NCBI RefSeq assembly: GCF_009914755.1 | Contig: NC_060947.1 | Direction: 5' to 3' (one strand) | Source of the DNA: the human T2T-CHM13v2.0 reference genome, Homo sapiens | DNA length: 64,000 nucleotides | Shown here: positions 57,716-64,000 of the stretch, in pieces | Numbering within the stretch: the first letter of the stretch is position 1 | Layout: each line of letters starts with the position of its first letter | Notes under the pieces: model-generated | Databases searched by the model: none | What the model was told of the DNA's origin: nothing | The model's input: the letters and a program-made list of their open reading frames with translations, nothing else | Made by a program: the position numbers and the translations under genes

Positions 57716-58760
57716 AAAAATTTTTTTTAAATGTCACTAAATGATAAAATATGGCAATGACAAATGTTACCCTTCATGTTAGAAGCTTTAATTTCTTTTT
57801 TTTCTTCATTTTTTTCATGAACAAATAAGTACACTAAGCACCTGAAACTGTTGTATTAAACAGTTTCAAGGAAATCTTGTGGAAAAAATCTGCTACAATG
57901 ATACTAGACACTAGCTTATAATTTTTCAACAATAAACCAGCCACAAGATTTATAAACACCTATTTAATCGTGGGAAAGAGATAAACTTATTATTAGGCCT
58001 TAGATTTGTGATGGCAGTTATTTTGCTATGTATTAACTACCTCATTATCTTTAAAAAAGAGGCAAAGCCAAGGATTCTAAAGATTACTATCACTTTGACA
58101 ATGACAATTACCCAGACTTTCTCAACAAAAATAAAACCTCAATAGTGTCTTAAATATGATATGACAAGATAAACATATGAAGAAAAAGTTGCACAAATTA
58201 ATAATCGTAGATTAAAAAATAATTTTAGTTTTGCAGACAGTACAACGTGTTGCTTTTCCAAGTGGCAAATATATCAACATCTGGCTCTCACATCAGATTA
58301 CTATCACATAAGGATCAACAGTATTGAAAATATTAACCTTTCATACTGATGGCCCCTTAAAAGGAGATAAGCAAGCAGCAATTCTTCTAATGACATGAAG
58401 TTTGGAAAGACACAAACTGTTTTCAGGATATGGAGAGAGCTCTTGTTATCACCTAATATTTGGATAGCTGGAAGAATCTTTGATTGCAACACAGGCATTT
58501 GATGCATTTTTAAGTGTTTACAAGGTATCCCCTAAAACCCTAAACACTTTCAGACTCAGCAAATAAATTCTGAACAGCTGGCGACATTAAGGGTGATTTT
58601 ATTCTATTGAAATACTAAGAATTTTCTAAAAGGCAAAAACCTGAAGGATAACCACAACAAAGACCAGATACTTAGTAGCTGTGCAATTACTATTTGTTAA
58701 AATATAAACACATTTTTTATTCAACTTGCTTCTTTATGTCACTGTCTATTAATACCTTAC

Positions 58761-58938
58761 CTGGATCAACCAAAGCTTTGTTAAATATTTCTTTAAGTTT
58801 CCGACTCTTCACATTCCTTCCTTGAGCAAGATTTCTATACATCTCATAGCCTATGATCATAACACCACCATCTTCTTGCCACCTCTGCAGCATGTAGCTT
58901 CTCTCCTGAGGACGTTTCACAGTTGCTAATTCAGAAAC
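58761..58938 (-). CDS. ATRX: ATRX coding exon (~exon 19), 178 nt
   Basis: caaaag|GTTTCT...GATCCAG|gtaag; VSELATVKRPQERSYMLQRWQEDGGVMIIGYEMYRNLAQGRNVKSRKLKEIFNKALVDP(G). Confidence 0.97.
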
Positions 58939-59119
58939 CTTTTGTGGGGAAATAAAGATTTTTTTAAGTAGCTACTAAAAACATGTGAATATTAAATATT
59001 CCCACTGAAATATGCATCACTGGTTAAAAAACATTAAAAATTAAAAAAAATTAAAAATAGTTTACTATATGAATTTCATGTGACTATTTTAATAATAGAA
59101 AACATTTAAAATAAGTTAC

Positions 59120-59266
59120 CTCAAGCTTCTCATCATCTTTTAATCCCTCTTGCCACTTCTCAAATTCATTCATCCAATTCAAAGCAGTATTAAGAGGACA
59201 AACCACTAACGCCGTGCTGAAATCCAGTTTGTCACACAAAAGAACTGTATGAAGAAAACTTACCAC
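59120..59266 (-). CDS. ATRX: ATRX coding exon (~exon 18), 147 nt, motif Ia
   Basis: ttatag|GTGGTA...CTTGAG|gtaac; VVSFLHTVLLCDKLDFSTALVVCPLNTALNWMNEFEKWQEGLKDDEKLE (overlaps ORF 59084..59266). Confidence 0.97.
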
Positions 59267-59782
59267 CTATAAGAAAACAGATTGTCACCTTCGTTTAAAT
59301 ATCCACAAAAAAATTTAATAAATTAAGCAATCTTACAATATTATAGCTTTGTTTTGCTTAAACAATAAACGGCCAGAATTTCCAAACCAGGCAAGGCACA
59401 GGGAAAGAGATAGTAAAATGCCAAAGTTCAACTAGATGATGTATCAGGCTCTTCCAACTCTAAAGCTCCATGATTCTATGATCAATGTGAATAGTATAAA
59501 ATGATCCCATACCAATACTAAGTCCTAGGTCTCCACAGAATGTCCCTATAGTCTTTCAAAAAATACCATCGCTCATTTAGAAGAGAATCATGTTACATAA
59601 TATTTTTCCACTTTAATGTGTTCTGACCCATTAAATCTATAATTACTTTATGGTTTAAAAGTACAAATACATTCACCAATTTTACATCTCTGCTACAACT
59701 CCTGCCATTTAGAAATGCAGCAATTTTAATAGTAAAAGATACTTTACTTTGTCATTACTTTAACATCATAAACCGTTAAAAG

Positions 59783-59786
<4 letters not shown>

Positions 59787-59813
<27 letters not shown>
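59787..59813. repeat. A27 mononucleotide run in intron 17
   Basis: Directly visible; no obvious retroelement body precedes it. Confidence 0.95.
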
Positions 59814-59884
59814 GGTAATTTCTACCTTAGAATCTTTGCAGTTGTTGTTGGCCATACCTGAAACCCCACAGCCTCGCTTCATTA

Positions 59885-60112
59885 GGACCTCTGCTCAAAC
59901 ATTACCTCCTAAAAGATGCCTTTCCTAACTCAATATCCTCCCTTAACATTCATTTTCTGAAAGTACATATTTCTTATTTGATTAGCAGCTCTCTCCTCCA
60001 CTAGAATATAAGCTCCTTGGAGACAGATCTTGTTATTCTTGTTCACTGCTTTATCTTCAGCCCCTACGACTGTGCCTGAAACATAATAGAATCCAATATA
60101 TATTAATGAATC
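59885..60112 (+). mobile_element. L2 3' end
   Basis: cactagaatataagctccttggagacag...tcttgttcactgctttatcttcagcccct...tgcctgaaacata. Confidence 0.75.
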
Positions 60113-60150
60113 CACAAAAACAGGATACCTTCATATTCTTCAGCTCTTAC

Positions 60151-60260
60151 CTGTAAAGTCTTACCAAGGCCCATACAGTGGGCAAGAATGCATCCTGAAC
60201 CTGGAGATTTCTTTGTTTTTTTCACAGACTCACAGCAGCAATCCCACATAAACTGAACAC
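60151..60260 (-). CDS. ATRX: ATRX coding exon (~exon 17), 110 nt, Walker A
   Basis: ttttag|GTGTTCAG...TTACAG|gtaag; [36 protein letters not shown]. Confidence 0.97.
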
Positions 60261-60556
60261 CTAAAAATAACAGCTTCATTAAGTTAAATTTAAAGGTCCA
60301 AGTTAAAAACTTCCTTTACATAAACACATCAAAAACATAACCAAAACTTCTAAGAAACAGCATTAAAAAAACACTTAGCTAAATAATTTCTTACATCTAA
60401 ATGGGATTTTTTCCCACCAAACTAAAGCAGAAACAAGTTAACACAAACATAGAACAGGGGGACTTTCCTTCATCTTCTCTAAGCTATCCACAGTAGATGT
60501 TCTGTATTCCCTGAGATGGTTCAAAGAAACATAAGAATACTCTAAAAGAGAAACGT

Positions 60557-60860
60557 GGCCGGGCACAGTGGCTCACGCCTGTAATCCAAGCACTTTGGAA
60601 GGCCGAGGCGGGTAGATCACTTGAGGTCAGGAGTTCGAGACCAGCCTGGCCAACATGGTGAAACCCCGTCTCTACTAAAATACAAAAAATTAGCTGGGCG
60701 TGGTGGTGGTGTGCACCTGTAGTCCCAGATACTCAGGAGGCTGAGTTGGGAGAATCACTTGAGGCCAGGAGGCAGAGATTGCAGTGAGCTGTTATAGCAC
60801 CACTGTACTCCAGCCTGAGTGACAGAGCGAGACTCCATCTCAAAAAATAATAATAATAAT
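60557..60860 (+). mobile_element. AluS
   Basis: Dimeric Alu with (AAT)n tail. Confidence 0.95.
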
Positions 60861-61471
60861 TTTTGTAAAAAGAGAGCAACTTTATCCAAAAAGAGAATGG
60901 CTTCCTATCAAAAATACCTTTGAGTTTATTGAGTCAATCAGGAAAAAAAAACCCATGAGATAATTTCATCATCTTTTCCTTTATTCGATAGTAAACACTG
61001 AGCAAGAAAGGGGACTAGCAACTCAAAAGGTAGGAACTACAGAACCTCCCTTATGATTAATTCACATAAACACTCAAAACTGACTTACTGATTCAACTCT
61101 AATAAAGAAAACATACCTAAAAATGCTGAAATAGCATTTTCTGAAAAAGGCTTTTAGCTAGCTACAGCTCTTCCCAACCCCTAGCTGCCCTTAGGCCAGT
61201 CTTTGCTAATTAGGTGAAACCTACTTGCTATATCTACCCATTTGTAAGTAGCACTTCTTTCTCTTTTTATAACGCTCATTGTGTTTGAAATCACCCAATT
61301 TTGTTCTTCCTCATTTGTTTATGAGCTCCATAAAGGCAGGGGAATTGTGGATTCCCCACCCCACTCACCAATTTACCTCCAGGACTTAGCAGGATGTGAG
61401 GCAGCTGCCTCACACCCAAATATTGGTAAAAATTTAACTAAAAATTATTGAATCATCTAATAGTTTCTTAC

Positions 61472-61613
61472 CATCTACTTGATGGGGTTTCAATTTGATA
61501 ACCATATTTCTATGAACCTGCACTAAAGGTTCTTTGGTTTCTTCATCTTCATCTAAAACCAACTTGGTTGTTATTGGACACTTGGTGGGTGAAGCATCTT
61601 CAATTTCTATCAC
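61472..61613 (-). CDS. ATRX: ATRX coding exon (~exon 16), 142 nt
   Basis: ttgtag|GTGATAGAA...GTAGATG|gtaag; VIEIEDASPTKCPITTKLVLDEDEETKEPLVQVHRNMVIKLKPHQVD(G), including the Q motif. Confidence 0.97.
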
Positions 61614-61732
61614 CTACAAGAAAAGGAGTTGTTGATAGTTAAGCTCAAAGAAATCATTCAAGCAATGGTCAGTCTTACCAAGGGAGATTTTCCAAAATAT
61701 AGACACATTTACTCCCACACCACAAATCCAAT

Positions 61733-62122
61733 TGGTATGATTTGGATCTGTGTCCCCACCAAATCTCATGTTAATTGTAATCCCCAATGTTGGAGGTGGG
61801 GCCTGGTGGGAGGTGGCTGGATCATGAAGGTGGATTTCTCATGAATGGTTTAACACCATCCCCTTTGGTGCTATTCTTGTGACAGTGAGCGAGTTCTCAC
61901 AAGATCCAGTTGTTTAAAACTGTGCAGCACCTCTCCCTCACTCTCTTGCTCCTGCTCCCACCATGTGAGGTGCCTCACTCCCCCTTTGCTTTCTGCCATG
62001 ATTGGAAGCTTCCTGAGGCCTCCCCGGAAGCAGAAGCCACTATATTTCCTGCACAGCCTGCAAAACCGTGAGTCAATGAAAACTCTTTTCTTTATAAATT
62101 ACCCAATCTCAGAACTAATACA
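61733..62122 (+). mobile_element. MSTA-type MaLR solo LTR
   Basis: tggtatgatttggatctgtgtccccaccaaatctcatg...ctttataaattacccaatctcag...ctaataca; TG...CA ends. Confidence 0.88.
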
Positions 62123-62319
62123 CTACTATTTTGCTTCAATAAAGCCAGGACAGAGCCCAGGGTTTTATGTCTTCTAAAATCAAAACTCTCCAAAAAATTT
62201 TAAATCACTCTGATAATGTCAGTAATTTAGCTCAACAGATCTCACCCTGGATATTTCAACAACATTTATTACACAGAGTTGTGAAAAAAGCAGTGTTCCC
62301 TGTTGTTGGTTGCTATGCC

Positions 62320-62651
62320 AAAAAAAAAAAAAGAAGAAAGAAGGAAGAAGAAGGAGAAGGAAGAAGGAGGAGGAGGAGGAAGCAGGAAGGAGGAAGGAGG
62401 TGGAAGGAGGAGGAAGGAGGGAGGAGGAGGGAGGAGGAGGAGGAAGAAGAAGAAAGAAGAAGAAGAAGGAAGAAGGAAGAAGGAAGGAGGAAGGAGAAGG
62501 AAGAAGGAGGAAGGAGGAGGAAGAAAAAAGAAGAAGGAAGAAGAAGGAAGGAGGAGGAAGGAGGAAGAAGGAGGAGGAAGAAGAAGGAAGGAGGAGGAAG
62601 GAGGAGGAAGAAGAAAGAAGAAGGAGGAAGAAGGAAGGAGGAGGAAGAAGA
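62320..62651. repeat. Homopurine (GAA/GGA) low-complexity tract
   Basis: 332 bp of A/G with only one C (62383) and one T (62401). Confidence 0.97.
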
Positions 62652-62944
62652 CAGTCCCAAACAAGAACTGTGCGACTCAGGATGTCAACATGACTACCAC
62701 TGAAAAACACTGTAAATACATGATGTGAAAAGAAAAAAATATTTAGAAACACTGGTTTCAGAACCACAGGCTCAAAAATCATGATAGGAACATATAATAC
62801 CTTCTAATTACAAAACGGAAACAATTATCACAAGCTCCTTATTTAGAATAAAACTTAAGTAGATATAATATATGCACACAGGTAACAAGTGTGTGTGTGC
62901 ATATATTTTTTGCTGTCTTATCCTAATCTCTATCCGTTACATAG

Positions 62945-63110
62945 TATATTCAGTAACTACGCAAGATAGGTACAAGTATTACCATTTGACAGATGAAAAA
63001 ACTGAGGGACAGAGAAGTAAAGTAACCTGCACAAGGTCATACGACTATTGAGTATCATGACACTGAGATTTACCCAGAGGGTTGATCCCCCGAGTCCATG
63101 CTCTTAAACA
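62945..63110 (-). mobile_element. MIR
   Basis: ccatttgacagatgaaaaaactgagggacagagaagtaaagtaacctgcacaaggtcatac. Confidence 0.8.
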
Positions 63111-63215
63111 TTACAAAATACTAGTTTAGTAAAATAAATGCTTGTGATAAACAGTTTTATGGTTCCATGAAAAAAAAATAGAAACTCGTGATTTTAAAAT
63201 CATAAAAACATTACG

Positions 63216-64000
<785 letters not shown>

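Noticed and set aside
62167-62782. Six overlapping long ORFs rich in E/K/R/G or S/F/L/P
   Set aside because: They arise because a purine-only (or pyrimidine-only) tract cannot contain stop codons; there is no coding evidence.

Overview
Primate, most likely human, genomic DNA from inside the X-linked ATRX gene, transcribed on the minus strand. Twelve coding exons (61613 down to 15389; exons 16-27 by my recollection of the standard 35-exon model) splice with canonical GT-AG boundaries into one uninterrupted 1660-nt frame. It encodes the SNF2-family ATPase core: Walker [13 protein letters not shown] box, motif III TGTP, an acidic/Lys/Ser-rich insertion and motif IV LVFSQS. The rest is intron packed with old L1s (mostly antisense to ATRX), about 29 Alus, MIR/L2, Tigger/Charlie-type DNA transposon remnants, one MSTA-type LTR and simple repeats. 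Nearly all ORFs in the supplied track are repeat artefacts. I see no evidence of a new multi-gene system. The most unusual features are: a tailless 5'-half pre-tRNA-Met retrocopy with target-site duplications; a copy of the exon 21 splice donor with a fold-back, plus a second 60-bp perfect local duplication, in intron 19; a palindromic L1 3'-end micro-insertion; a twin-primed L1; an internally deleted L1PB with a templated junction; and a 332-bp homopurine tract next to an antisense LTR. Repeat subfamily names come from memory of consensus sequences and repeat boundaries are approximate.
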